This document shows positions 39,124-50,940 of a stretch of DNA of 64,000 nucleotides, in pieces (the first letter of the stretch is position 1; each line of letters starts with the position of its first letter). The stretch is from Felis catus (lineage: Eukaryota). A model generated the notes under the pieces. It saw nothing but the letters and a program-made list of their open reading frames with translations. It did not search any database and was not told the origin of the DNA. Made by a program: the position numbers and the translations under genes. Where the stretch lies: positions 103,046,001-103,110,000 of the forward strand of contig NC_058368.1 in the NCBI RefSeq assembly GCF_018350175.1. Direction: 5' to 3'.

Positions 39124-39561
39124 TGTATCAATCGGCCCGGGCTGCTATAACAAAATACCTTGGACTGGGTGGCTTATGCAACAGCCATTTATTTCTCACA
39201 GTTCTGGAGGCTGGGAAGTCTAAGACAGAGTGGCTGGGAGATTCGGTTCCTAGACAGAGTTCTTCTTCCTGGCTTGCAGACAGACACCTTCTCTCTGTGT
39301 TTTCATGTGACAGATAAATAGAGAGCTCTAGTATCTTCTCTCTTCTCCCCTCTTCTCCTTCTCCTTCCCCTCCTCCTCCTCCTCCTCCTCCTCCTCCTTC
39401 TTCTTCCAAGGACACAAATCCCATGTGTCTTTGAGGCCCCACTGTCATGACTTCATCTAAACCTAATCACCCCCCAAAGCCTCCATTTCCAAATACCATT
39501 TCAGTGACAGTTAGTGCTTCAACATAAGAATTTGGGTGAGACCAGCATTTGGTCCATAGCA
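39124..39561 (-). mobile_element. MLT1A-like MaLR solo LTR, near full length, with internal (CCT)n
   Basis: tgt...gggctgctataacaaaatacc...ctcacagttctggaggctgggaagtc...catgacttcatctaaacctaatcac...ccatagca. Confidence 0.9.
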
Positions 39562-39639
39562 AAGGTCAACGAAAAATTCTCCTTTTTTCATCCTCTGGAC
39601 AGAAATGACACGAGTCTGCATAGAAAAGGAAGCACACTA

Positions 39640-39852
39640 GGGTGCCTGGGTGGCTCGGTCGCTTAAGTGTCCGACTTCAGCTCAGGTCATGATCTCACAG
39701 TCTGTGGATTCAATCCCCAAGTTGGGCTCTGGGTTGACAGCGCAGAGCCTAGAGCCTGCTTCGGATTCTGTGTCTCCTTCTTTCTCTCTGCCCCTCTCCC
39801 CCACGCACTCTCTCTCTCTCTTTCTCAAAAATGAATAAACATTAAAAAAATA
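39640..39852 (+). mobile_element. Can-SINE
   Basis: Flanking repeat agaaaaggaagc on both sides. Confidence 0.94.
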
Positions 39853-40899
39853 AAGAAAAGGAAGCCCTCTTTTTGTCTTTACCGTATACTTTTATCACTT
39901 CTTTTTCATCTTTGGTTATCGATCTCCCTAAAAATGCACTTCGCCTGGTTCTCAGCTGTGGTAATCCAGATTAATGTTTTCTAAGTCTGGTTCAAAGTTC
40001 ATGCCGTCATGGGTTTCAGATTCTTACTCTCCAAGAACAAGTTTCTGAAAATGTCACAAACGCCATGTTTCCATATTTCTTGATTTGTGGTTAGTTTATC
40101 ACAGGCGAGGCATTTAACATTTTAGAAAGTATAATTCCTCTCTTAACCAAAAAGAATTAAACGTGTATAAAACGTAGGTTCTTTTATGGTGGAAACACTG
40201 GTTCTCAATAAATATATATTTATTTAATAAATAAATTAAGGATGACGATACTTCAAGTTAGCTAAAAGATTTAAAAAGTTTCCTTCCAAGCTTGCAACAG
40301 TTAAGTGAATGATATAACACAGAGACAAAAAGTTAGAGAAATCCTCATTTTTTTTTTTCCTATGTGTGTCTACTTCTCTTTATCCTTTTTTTTTTCCTTT
40401 TGTCTTTCTTTGTGGTCACAGTTTACTGACTTTTGTAACTCTTTTACAAAGATGCAGTTTTATGGAATTTACATTTCTACCTCCTTGCCTACATCCCACT
40501 ATGCACATAAGATCTAGCAAGTCAGTGAACCAGGAAGCTGAAAAGAGAAAGGAAATGTCAGTCTTCCACTGATTTATCTCCTTCAAGTTTATGGTTTTCC
40601 CGTCTCCCAGTCTAGGTCTTCTATAATACCAAGTCAGTTGGCTAATTTTTCAGAACCAGGTGATTGAATCCAAGATAGGAGAAAACACATAGAAAAAAAT
40701 AAATTTCAGAAGAAGGCGCTTGTATAGACAGAGCACTTCCTGGTTGTTTTAAATTGTAGTAAGTCGCAAAATTCATTCAAGACATTTCTCATAAGAACGG
40801 CTATAAATATCAAATGTTTACCATGTGTCAGATACCACACTAAGCACTCTCACACATTATTCCATTTAAAACACAAAGGAACCTCCTGAATCTGTTTTT

Positions 40900-41140
40900 C
40901 ATATAAGGGCCCAGACCATTTATAAAAAAACAGTTTAGTGGATGATGACTGGCATTAAAAAAAAAAAAATAAAAGAGGTTAGAAAAAAGCACAGTGAATC
41001 CCATATTATAATGACAGATACTGCTTCTTAAATTGCTTTGTGTCCGTATGTGCATGAGTATTTGTGTGTGTGTGCGCACGTATTGAGTCTTAGTGTAAAA
41101 TGTATTTTTTACCGATAGTTAAAAACTTCCAAATCCCTTC
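40900..41140. mobile_element. Charlie4z-like hAT relic, adjoining a MIR fragment
   Basis: actggcattaaaaaa...gtgtaaaatgtattttttac resembles recalled Charlie4z. Confidence 0.5.
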
Positions 41141-42501
41141 CTCATAAGTAGGATTATTATCCTAATATATAAGAGCATTATTATATGTTATAATAGTATA
41201 ATAGTATTATTATATTAATATTTGGAGGAAAAGTAAAATGATCCCGCTTTAACACCATAACTTCCAAAGTTCTCAAATCAATTAGCTTCCATAGAGTTTT
41301 TAACGGCGCCGAAGACAATGTTATTGTTGTACGTTACTTCTTCCTTACTGTCTCTCTCATGGTTTGCATTTACTTAGCATCAAGGCAGCCCTAATATAGG
41401 GTGATTAAATCTCCTCAGATCAGGCCATCTGTGCCACTGAGTAAGTGAGATACTTCAAATAAGTGAATGATGAATTCTGTTCCAGCCTGTCCCATAAAAT
41501 TATAATAAAAATAATAATGAAGTGCTCTCTAATAAAAAGAAAGTCGTTACAAATACTGTGCTATTGATTTCAAAGGGCAGTAATTTTAGAGGAGCTCTTT
41601 CATCTGTGTTATAAATCTCAGCAACCAGTGGAGAAAATGTCAGGATTTTAAAAAGCAAACAAACAGAAGAAAAAAAAATTGCCTCGCTGCTCCTTTCACG
41701 CTGTTTTGAGTAAAACTAAGGTAGCACAAATATTTAAACAGATGGCTCAATGATATGCTTTCTTCTTTGCTAATCATAGTTATTAAAGCGCTCACTTTAT
41801 TTTTATTGTGTTTTAAACGGGCAGAGAAAATCTGAGTCTGATAATGACCTTTGTACATCAGGCTGCAAATTGATTTTGATGACCTTTCACTCTCCAATAA
41901 TTAGGCTGGCTTCATGCACATTCATCTCCCTCCCTCTTCTCAAAGTGCCGGGTGCACTGTTTTCTTTTCTGCCTTCCCTCAAAACCTTACCCTCCTCCCC
42001 CTCTCTAGCTTTGTCTCCACCATTGCTGGATTGGGTTTCTATCTCTTCCCTGAAAGCCACAGATTGGTGAATAAAGCATGAATAGAGGTATTTAGAGGCT
42101 GACAAAAAAGAAGAATAGTTACTTTGCTGATGTTTGAATGATCAAATATCTGAATTGTCATGTAATTATGACCATTACAATGATGTCATTGCCATAGTCA
42201 TTTGGCAATCGTGTACATTGTGTTGAAGACTTATTACCACATTGAATTATATCTTGGTAGTTTAATGAATTCTATAAGGGTGTTTCTTCGTGGCTAATGT
42301 GAACAGATGGTAGAGTGGAAAAGAAATAAACTATGCCTCATTTTCCTTTACATTTTCTTTGTTATTATGCTCTGAAATTAACCACATCAGACGAACACAC
42401 ATTTATACAGACATATTTTTAAATCATAATCTTTAAAAATACATTTGTCAGACATCCCTAAATTCCACATTTTCTGCTTTCTTTAGACTTCCGTTTGTCA
42501 C

Positions 42502-42650
42502 TTTTTAAAATTTCGGTAAATAATATACAACACAAAATTGACCATTTTAACAACCTCAGTGTACAGTTCAGCTGCCTTAAGTACATTCATAATATTGCGC
42601 AACCATCACCACTATCCATTTCCAGAACTTTCTCATCATCTCAAACCTTT
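42502..42650 (-). mobile_element. L1MB-type 3' end fragment
   Basis: aaaattgaccattttaa...gtgtacagttcag...agtacattca...caaccatcaccactatccatttccagaacttt. Confidence 0.85.
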
Positions 42651-43149
42651 AGACCTATTTTTAAGCAAGTACATTTTTAGTCCGTTAGGGAACTTCTCTT
42701 TCTCTTCCTTATGTGAGGTTCATTAAATTACAACCTTAACAAAATCCTTTATCCATGAACCCCTAAGTTGAGGTTAATTATGAACGTATTTTCCTCAGGA
42801 CGACAGAATTCCAGACAATAGCTTGTTGAGGAATAGTAGTACAAGAAGCTTTGCAGGTGATAATGGCTAACGTTTATGGAACATTTATTTTGAGTGTCAC
42901 TATACATGGTAAGGAGAGAAATTAGATACCAAAATGTTGCTTCAGACATCCCTTAAGCCAAAGTTGATACTGCTATTACTGAGTTGGCCTTTCCTACAAA
43001 AAAATTTAACAGTTGAGGACTTCAACTGTTGTATTGCTGTAGGTTGGTGTCCAATATGTAAGACTGGGCCCAGTCTTGCAAGAGTTTGCAAGACCCACTG
43101 TTACTCTCTTCCTTTCCTGGTCAGGATTGAACCAGGGAAACAAATCAGA

Positions 43150-43400
43150 CTTATTTATTTATTTATTTATTTATTTATTGAGATAGAGAGAGAAAGACAG
43201 TGACAGAGAGAGAGGGAGAGAGAGACAGAGAGAGACAGAGAGAGACAGAAAGAGATTGAGAGACAGAGAGAGAATCTTAAGCAGGCTCCATGCCCAGCAC
43301 AGTGCCCAATGAGGCACTTGCTGCCACCAATGGCGTGATCATGACCTGAGTAAAAATCAAGAGTCAGACGCTTAACTGACTGAGCCACCCAGGCAACCCC
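43150..43400 (-). mobile_element. Older Can-SINE
   Basis: (TTTA)n tail, GA tract, head; cagact on both flanks. Confidence 0.92.
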
Positions 43401-44278
43401 AGACTATGTTTTTGAAAAGGAGGAAACTGAATACAAGAAATTTGGCACACAAGTGATGGACATGCCTAAAAGGCAACAGAAGATTGCCAGGCAGGCAAAT
43501 ATTGGCCACAATGGGAGCCATGACTAGGTTGCTGGACCAAAGTGGCAATGACATGCTATTAGAGCCCTGGGGCAGAGTAACCTCCTGGAAACTGAAGCCG
43601 TGAAAGAGACACAGCCATTTTTTTGTTGTGGGAGAAATAAGAAATTACTGGCACTTTTTCAGAATGTGCATACAATGGTTCTATACCTGATGACAAGACA
43701 ATATGCACAGGGCCTGGGAAGAAAAAAAATGGTGCAAGGGTCAAAGATAAAGATTACAGTGTCAACACAAGAGGGGAATAACATAATCGGTACCAATACA
43801 GTTGATTGACAAAGATGTTTTTGATGGGAAATAGTTTGAAAACATGCACAATTCTAAGTGACTGCTTTAAGGTAACAATGGTTTGTTAGGCTGGAAAAGG
43901 AAAATAACTTCTTAGTGATGTCATTTATATTGTTCACAATGTTGATTATAAATCAACCAAGAATCCTCATCTACAAAAGATCAGGCTTAGGCCGAATGGC
44001 AGTAAAATTTATTTTCTTAGAAAGAAGTGCTTGTAGAATTCAAATTTTGAAGGTATAAACTCCATTGTTCTATAGAACAATATTCTAGGACAAAACAGGA
44101 AATACTGAGGTTTGGGTTCCTTAAGACGTACCTGGGCAACAGGATATAATATACACTCTACAGATCAATTCTGTGGATAGAGACGTCAGCCAGATGAGCA
44201 AACAGAGCTTATTCATCCCTCGTTTTGTTGTTCGACAATGTTTGATATAGAATTGTGTGAGGTCATGAGAAGGCTTAA

Positions 44279-44303
44279 TTTTTTTTTAAGTTTAGTCATT
44301 TAT

Positions 44304-44365
<62 letters not shown>

Positions 44366-44532
44366 TGTGCAGGGCAGGGGCAGAGAGAGAGGGACAGAGA
44401 GAGAATCCCAAGCAGGCTCCATGCTGTCAGTGTAGAGCCCAATGTAGGGCTTGAACTCACAAACCATGAGATCATGACCTGAGCAGAAACCATGAGTCGG
44501 ATGCTTAACTGCCTGATCCACCCAGGCGCCCC
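44279..44532 (-). mobile_element. Can-SINE with long (GA)n
   Basis: Flanks agaaggcttaa / agaaggttttaa. Confidence 0.94.
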
Positions 44533-44574
44533 AAGAAGGTTTTAAGTAAAAATACTTGGTGTGGGTAATTTGTG

Positions 44575-44850
44575 AAAGGTAAGTGGTGCTAAGTGTAGGT
44601 TTTGGAGACAGACTTGAAGTCAAATGTAGAGTGGGACTTTCTCCTTGGTTAGCCATGACACAACCGGTTTAAGCCTATTGTCCCTTTTATTCTCAAAGGT
44701 GTCCCAAGTTATAGAATAAATTATATGGTTACCCAATTTAAATGTCATCTGTTACTTACTGTGAGAACTTGGGTGCCTGTTCAAGACTTGGTTTCTTACT
44801 TTTAAAATGGGAATAATGATATCTAACTCTTAGGCATGTTGAGAGGTTTA
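44575..44850 (+). mobile_element. MIR interrupted by a MER94-like fragment (about 44645-44735)
   Basis: tttggagacagacttg / acttactgtgagaactttggg...aaaatgggaataatgata; insert ends ataaattatatggttaccc. Confidence 0.6.
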
Positions 44851-45169
44851 AAAAGAAAAGAACCTATTCTCAGAAAAGAACCTATTTGTGCTGGCTCGTT
44901 AGTTCATGGCAAACTGTTATTTCCTCATCCCCTGCAGCCTCCTCTGCAAGATAATTAAAGCCCTCAGTGATATGACCCCAGTGTGCCTTTTTCCTTCATC
45001 TATCTTAAACTCAAACTTCATCTGCCTAAAATTTCTCAACCTTTTCCAACTCTCAGCCTTGCGCACTGTCTTTTCTTTCTCATTATCTTTAAATTCTCTT
45101 TATTCTTGACAGCTCACATTGTCCAAATATTTATAGCTAGAAGTAAACCTACTTTCCTACACATAAGCA

Positions 45170-46840
45170 CCTTTTTAAACTATACTTTATGGCTGCTATA
45201 ACTCTTTAAAGTGATTTAAATATTTGATTGGGTGGTAAAATATTTTATATTATTTGGCTCTACCCCAATTGTTTTTATTTAGATATATGACAACTTATTT
45301 AACAAATCTCTTACTGAGTGATATTTAAATTGTTCCCAGTGTTTAAATTATTATTTTTTATATAATTATACAGTGCACATTATACACTGTATAATTATTC
45401 ATCATTATATTTTAAATTAATATTATATGGAATGTATATAAACCTATACGTTTTTTCTTCATTGCTTTAATTTGTATTTATTTCAAGGTCAGGAATAGAG
45501 AATGTTTCATATACTAACTAGTTTTTTTTTCTTATGAAGTATTCGTTTTTGTTCACTTACTGTTCTTTTCCAGCCTATTTGTGTATTAGATTGTTCTCTG
45601 TTTCAAAAATCAATTTGTAAGATTTTTTTTCAAAATTAATGAAATTAGTTTCTTTTTTTTTTTTAATTTTTTTTTCAACATTTATTTATTTTTTTGGGAG
45701 AGAGAGAGACAGAGCATGAACGGGGGAGGGGCAGAGAGAGAGAGGGAGACACAGAATCAGAAACAAGCTCCAGGCTCCGAGCCATCAGCCCAGAGCCTGA
45801 CGCGGGGCTCGAACTCACGGACCCCGAGATCGTGACCTGGCTGAAGCCCGACGCTTAACCGACTGCGCCACCCAGGCGCCCCTGAAATTAGTTTCTATCC
45901 TATGTTTCTAGTTTGCTAAATGTCTTCTGTTCACAATGTTTCAGATCTTGCTGCAAGGTTTTTAAGTGTTGTTTAAATTATCAAATTTATGGTTCCTGAA
46001 TTTTGTGTCTGTCTAGAAAGATCATCCCCATCCCAAGGTTATAAATAAATTCAGTCATATTTTTATCCAATACTTATACGACTTCATTGTTTACTTTAAA
46101 TCTTTGATCCATCTAGAGTTTATTTTTATGTAAGTAGTGACTTAAAGATGTGGCTTTATTGTTTTTTCAAATGGCTATATAGTTAACACAGATTTATTAA
46201 AAAATTCATCTTTAATCCCACTGGTTTGAGATGCTTTCTTTATGCTAATTCCCATAGTACTTGGGTGTATTTCTGAACTCATCCTATTCCATTGATATTT
46301 CTGTACCGCTATTAAAATGATGTGAAATAGAGCTATAGCATGTTTTATTATCTGTTACAGCTCTTAATTATTCTTCTTCAGAGTATTTCCAGTTAGTTCT
46401 ATGTGTTTGTTTTCCAGGATACTCTACTCACATGGTTTCATTTTGTAAATTTTAGAGCATTTTTTGTTGTTATTGTTTTGTGTTTTTTTAAAAATTGCTA
46501 TCTTTAACTATGGAGTCCTTATTTCTAGAAATAGGATAGGTTGCATTTTATTGAGGGCTTTTATTAAGTCTTTCAATTGATAATGAAAAAGTTATACCTT
46601 GTAATATCCTACAAATCTCTTATAAAGTTATTGCTGAATGGGACTATGATTGAAATATTTTCTTCCATGATATGTTTTACTTGATTATTTATATATAAGA
46701 ATTTATGTTTATTGACCATATGAATACTATGTCTTTGTAATAACTTTCTAGTTCATTCTCTTTTTTCCCATTATACAATGTGCATAATCATATCATGTGC
46801 AAATAATAATATTTTGCTTTTTCTTTTCAAATATCTATAC
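45170..46840 (-). mobile_element. Ancient L1M(E) fragment
   Basis: T-rich antisense ORF2 motifs: tttaaatctttgatccatctagagtttattttt, ttgggtgtatttctgaactc, atcatatcatgtgcaaataat. Confidence 0.8.
45654..45882 (-). mobile_element. Young SINEC_Fc-type SINE nested in L1M
   Basis: TSD tgaaattagtttct at 45640-45653 and 45883-45896. Confidence 0.97.
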
Positions 46841-46844
46841 TTTG

Positions 46845-47070
46845 GTTCAGATTAGTATACCTGCTGATTATACTGCTCATCTGGGTTCAAATGTGAACAG
46901 TGTCAAATTAGTTAAATGCCTTAACCATCAGTTTACTCATCGATAAAATGCAGAGAATAGCGGTACTTACTCTGTAAGGATAACGTAAAGATCAAATTGT
47001 TAATGTGCATAAAGCAATTAGCGACATACCTAGAACATAATATACTCTCAATCGTGTTAATCATTGTTTT
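46845..47070 (+). mobile_element. MIR
   Basis: ctgggttcaaat...cagtttactcatcgataaaatg...taaagcaattagc. Confidence 0.75.
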
Positions 47071-47275
47071 GTTTTTCCTCAAAGTTAATTGAAAAGTCTA
47101 GTATTTTATCATCATTAAATCATATTAATAGCCATTTTAAATGACTTTCAGTAATGATGTGTGGAATGGCCTAATGGCTTATTTGTAGTGTTTGGGTTAC
47201 AGCATAATAAACACACAATCTACACCTAACAGGGTTACAATACCATGCAAGTTTATTATTTTAAACACAGAATCA

Positions 47276-47536
47276 GGAGCACACGGGTGGCTCAGTCGGT
47301 TAAGCATTGACTTTGACTCAGGTCATGATCTCATGGTTCATGGGTCTGAGCCCCACATCGGGCTCTGTGCTGACAGCTCAGAGCCTGGAGCCTGCTTCAG
47401 ATTCTGTGTCTCCCTGTCTCTCTTTCCTTCCCCTGCTCTCACTCTGTCTCTCTCTCTCAAAAATAAACATTAAAAAAAGAAAGAAAGAAAGGAAGGAAGG
47501 AAGGAAGGAAGGAAGGAAGGAAGGAAAGAAGGAGAG

Positions 47537-47606
<70 letters not shown>

Positions 47607-47632
47607 GAGGAAAAAGAAAGAAAGGGAAAGAA
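47276..47632 (+). mobile_element. Can-SINE whose tail expanded into a (GAAA)n(GGAA)n array
   Basis: SINE core to about 47478, then about 150 bp polypurine; agaatca on both flanks. Confidence 0.95.
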
Positions 47633-48479
47633 AGAATCAATTATTATGAAACTAAATGGCATTTAATTTTTGGTGAAATATGAGTGAATTCACAGATTAG
47701 AGAAAGAGTAAGGATAGTTGGGAAGTCTTGTATTATGTTAGATTCTTAAATTTAGTGGAAATATTTATCACTTTATATTTGTAGCATGTATATTTATTTA
47801 CACTTTCTATCTTTCTTGATAGAAAAGGTGGGTGCCATGCTCAGCTGACTCATCTGCATGGTCAATTTGGGTAACTGACAGGCACTTTTGTTGTGCACTC
47901 ACATAAGTCCTTTGTGTAAATGCACTAAATAAACTGTACTATGAAGAAATCAATGGAATCTCAAACTATGTATTTTTCTAGGTTCCACAGGGTCAAAGCA
48001 TACGCAGTGGAAACACTGTGTTATCCCACCCTCAACTGACCAGAGAGAGTTCGTACTTCATCTGTCTCTAATGCAGGTAACATTCTTTAATAGGAGAAAG
48101 GTATTTAGACAGGAGCCACTATGTACAGAGCATTGACTAGAGGTAAGAAATGTTAAATGCTCTTTCGTTAAGGAAGACTTTTTCCCCCACAACGCACATG
48201 TGCTACATCTTACTCTAATCAGCTCATTTTTTGTCTTTCGCTCATAGTGGAAATTGCAGACAGCTTGCTTTTTACTGTGGAACCTGATTTATATGCTTCT
48301 GCTAAATGCAGAGATTTCATTTATGAACGCTAGTCAGTGATTTATATCCTTGTTTTCCTTTTTGGACAAGTCACTACAAAATAATTTTTTTTTTCAAGCA
48401 AGATGGCATTAACCTTCTCTGACTACGAAGCCACTCTCTTAGCAGTATCAATACACCTTTGTCATTTCTGTCACTTTAT

Positions 48480-48900
48480 TACATTTGGTAAACAAATAAA
48501 TACAGCCCCACATATCAAAACCTAAAATGACTATTTTGAGGATTAGCTTTTTGATAATCATCTACAGCAGATTACACAGCCTCTATAATATTTCAAAGAA
48601 TTGGCCTTTTTCCAGCTGATCCCGATATTGGGATGTGAGTTAATTGCCAGTGCATCTCAGACAACAGAGCAGGTGCTGGTAGAAAGCACATTCCCTGTAG
48701 TTTCTTTGTTATTTATAGTCAGAGCTCTTTTGCACTGAACCCTTGAGCTGGCTTTTTAGAGCCCACTGTATAACAATTTCATTCACTTTCATGTCAACAA
48801 GCTTTGGCTTGATAAATTAAAACAGCAAAATGCTGGCTAAAGCAACCACAGCCTTACATGATTCATTTTGCTGCAAGTTTCTGGCAGCTGTCCAAGAATG
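48480..48900. promoter_or_regulatory. Candidate muscle-type enhancer (MEF2, E-box, M-CAT)
   Basis: CAGCTG 48613, CAGGTG 48670, ACATTCC 48688, TTATTTATAG 48709, CAGCTG 48885. Confidence 0.3.
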
Positions 48901-49540
48901 ACCTGCTATCTTCCCAGTGTCCTTATCATTTTCCCATCTGGAAAGGGCTGAACCTTACTTACACTGGGGAGTTAAAGGCCTGTGCAGGCTGCATTCAAAG
49001 GCCATTAACAATCATAACTCTAAAAATCATCACTTTCTTTCAGGCAAGGTTAATAGTAGTCTATAGAATAGATAGGGAGGTCAATATTTTACTTTTATTT
49101 AAATAAATATGAAGCAAGCAGGATTTCCTTCATGACATAGAACTGCATGCTGACCTGAACCATTATATATTTAGACTTTATGATCTTCCTTAAAATGATC
49201 CAAAAGTCCTTTTGAAGAGCCCATCCTAAATTAAGCAACTTCTGGTATTAACTGTCACTTCACTATTAAGCAAAGGAATTCATCCATTTACTCCTCCTCA
49301 CACAACTAGATTTCTCTTCAGTGGTGTTAGATAGAAGTGTTATTTGAGTAATGATTTTAGCATTTAACTACCAGGATGCACAGGTCATTAAGGAAAAAAA
49401 AAATTAAACATATTTTTGGAAAGAAAGACTAAATAATAGAATCAATTTAAACTCGAATATTTAACTTTAGCAAAGTTTTCAAATGTTTAAGTTAGTTTTC
49501 TTAATTAAGACTATATGTAGATTAAAAATAAATTAAATTA

Positions 49541-49758
49541 GGGGTGCCTGAGTGGCTCAGTTGGTTGAGTGTCTGACTTCAGCTCAGGTCATGATCTCAT
49601 GGTGCGTGAGTTCAAGCCCCGTGTCGGGCTCTGGGCTGACAGCTCTGAGCCTGGAGCCTGCTTCACATTCTGTGTCTCCCTCTCTCCTTGCCCCTCCCCC
49701 ATTCACACTCTGTCTCTTTCTCTCTCAAAAACAAATAAACATTAAAAAAATGTTTTTT
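49541..49758 (+). mobile_element. Can-SINE (Fc2-like)
   Basis: Full SINE body and tail. Confidence 0.95.
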
Positions 49759-49775
49759 AAAAGTAAATTAAATTC

Positions 49776-49995
49776 GGGGCGCCTGGGTGGCGCAGTCGGT
49801 TAAGCGTCCGACTTCAGCCAGGTCACGATCTCGCGGTCCGGGAGTTCGAGCCCGTGTCGGGCTCTGGACTGATGGCTCAGAGCCTGGAGCCTGTTTCCGA
49901 TTCTGTGTCTCCCTCTCTCTCTGCCCCTCCCCCGTTCATGCTCTGTCTCTCTATGTCCCAAAAATAAATAAATGTTGAAAAAAAAAATTAAAAAA
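49776..49995 (+). mobile_element. Young SINEC_Fc-type SINE in tandem with the previous one
   Basis: TSD aaaagtaaattaaattc / aaaagtaaattgaattc. Confidence 0.97.
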
Positions 49996-50837
49996 AAAAG
50001 TAAATTGAATTCAAACCTGATACCAATACAGCATTTATCATACAAGAAATTATCAAAGCCTAAATATGAGGCTGTAAAGCCTAAACACTTATAATTTTTA
50101 GAAAACGAAAGCTCCCTTACTACTAGATATTTAAACAATTTAAAGCTTTCATCAGCCACCTGTAATGCATGTTAGTGATTATTAGTCTTATCTCTGAATC
50201 CTTGACCAGCTACATTGTGGGGTTTAACAAGCAAGAACTGAGCAAGGTGGGCAAAACCAGGCAAAATGCTCTCTCTCTAATAAAAGAGACAATACAAGAG
50301 GAAGTCAGATGGACTCTCTATTCCTCACCCCAAACAGACCAGGAGAAGGAACTGCCATTTCAAAATTTATGTTGCTGAAGTTAAAAACATGAATTCTGCT
50401 TAGGAAGATGATTATATTTAACGGGGGAAAAAACAAAAGGATTTTGTTTGTATAAAGATAAAGCCTAGATCTAATTCTGGAATGGAAACTGAGAGTTAAC
50501 TGTCTGTGAATAATAATATAAGAGGTTATCTTCACAGTGGGTGGATTTGAGCCAGTGGGGATAATAATACACCCTGGGTAGCAGGTCTGAGAATAGTCTA
50601 TCAGTCTCTCGGTGAGAGTTGAAACTTTGGGGGTGGGAGCATTAACTCGGGGATAAGAAGAACATAGCCCAAGACTCTCTCATCATATGGGAGATGGCCT
50701 GAATCATGGAACTTTCATTCAGTCATTAAACTAATATTCATTCGTTGGGCACATAGTCTGTGCTGGCATTATCTAGAGAGGTAAACTAAAGAATCATTGA
50801 CGTTGGTGATGATAAGAGCAGAAATTCTTATATAAAT

Positions 50838-50893
50838 TTCCTTCCTCTCTCCCTCTCTTCTTTCCTCTCTTTCTCTTGCTTTCATTACTTTGT

Positions 50894-50926
<33 letters not shown>

Positions 50927-50940
50927 TTGTGTGTGTGTAT
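50838..50940. repeat. CT-rich / (CT)n(TG)n microsatellite
   Basis: Directly visible. Confidence 0.9.

Noticed and set aside
5426..50012. Dispersed near-identical about 220-bp repeats with tRNA-like A/B boxes, considered as tRNA genes or a CRISPR-like array
   Set aside because: Irregular spacing, poly(A) tails and individual TSDs identify them as SINEs; no cloverleaf and no repeat-spacer periodicity
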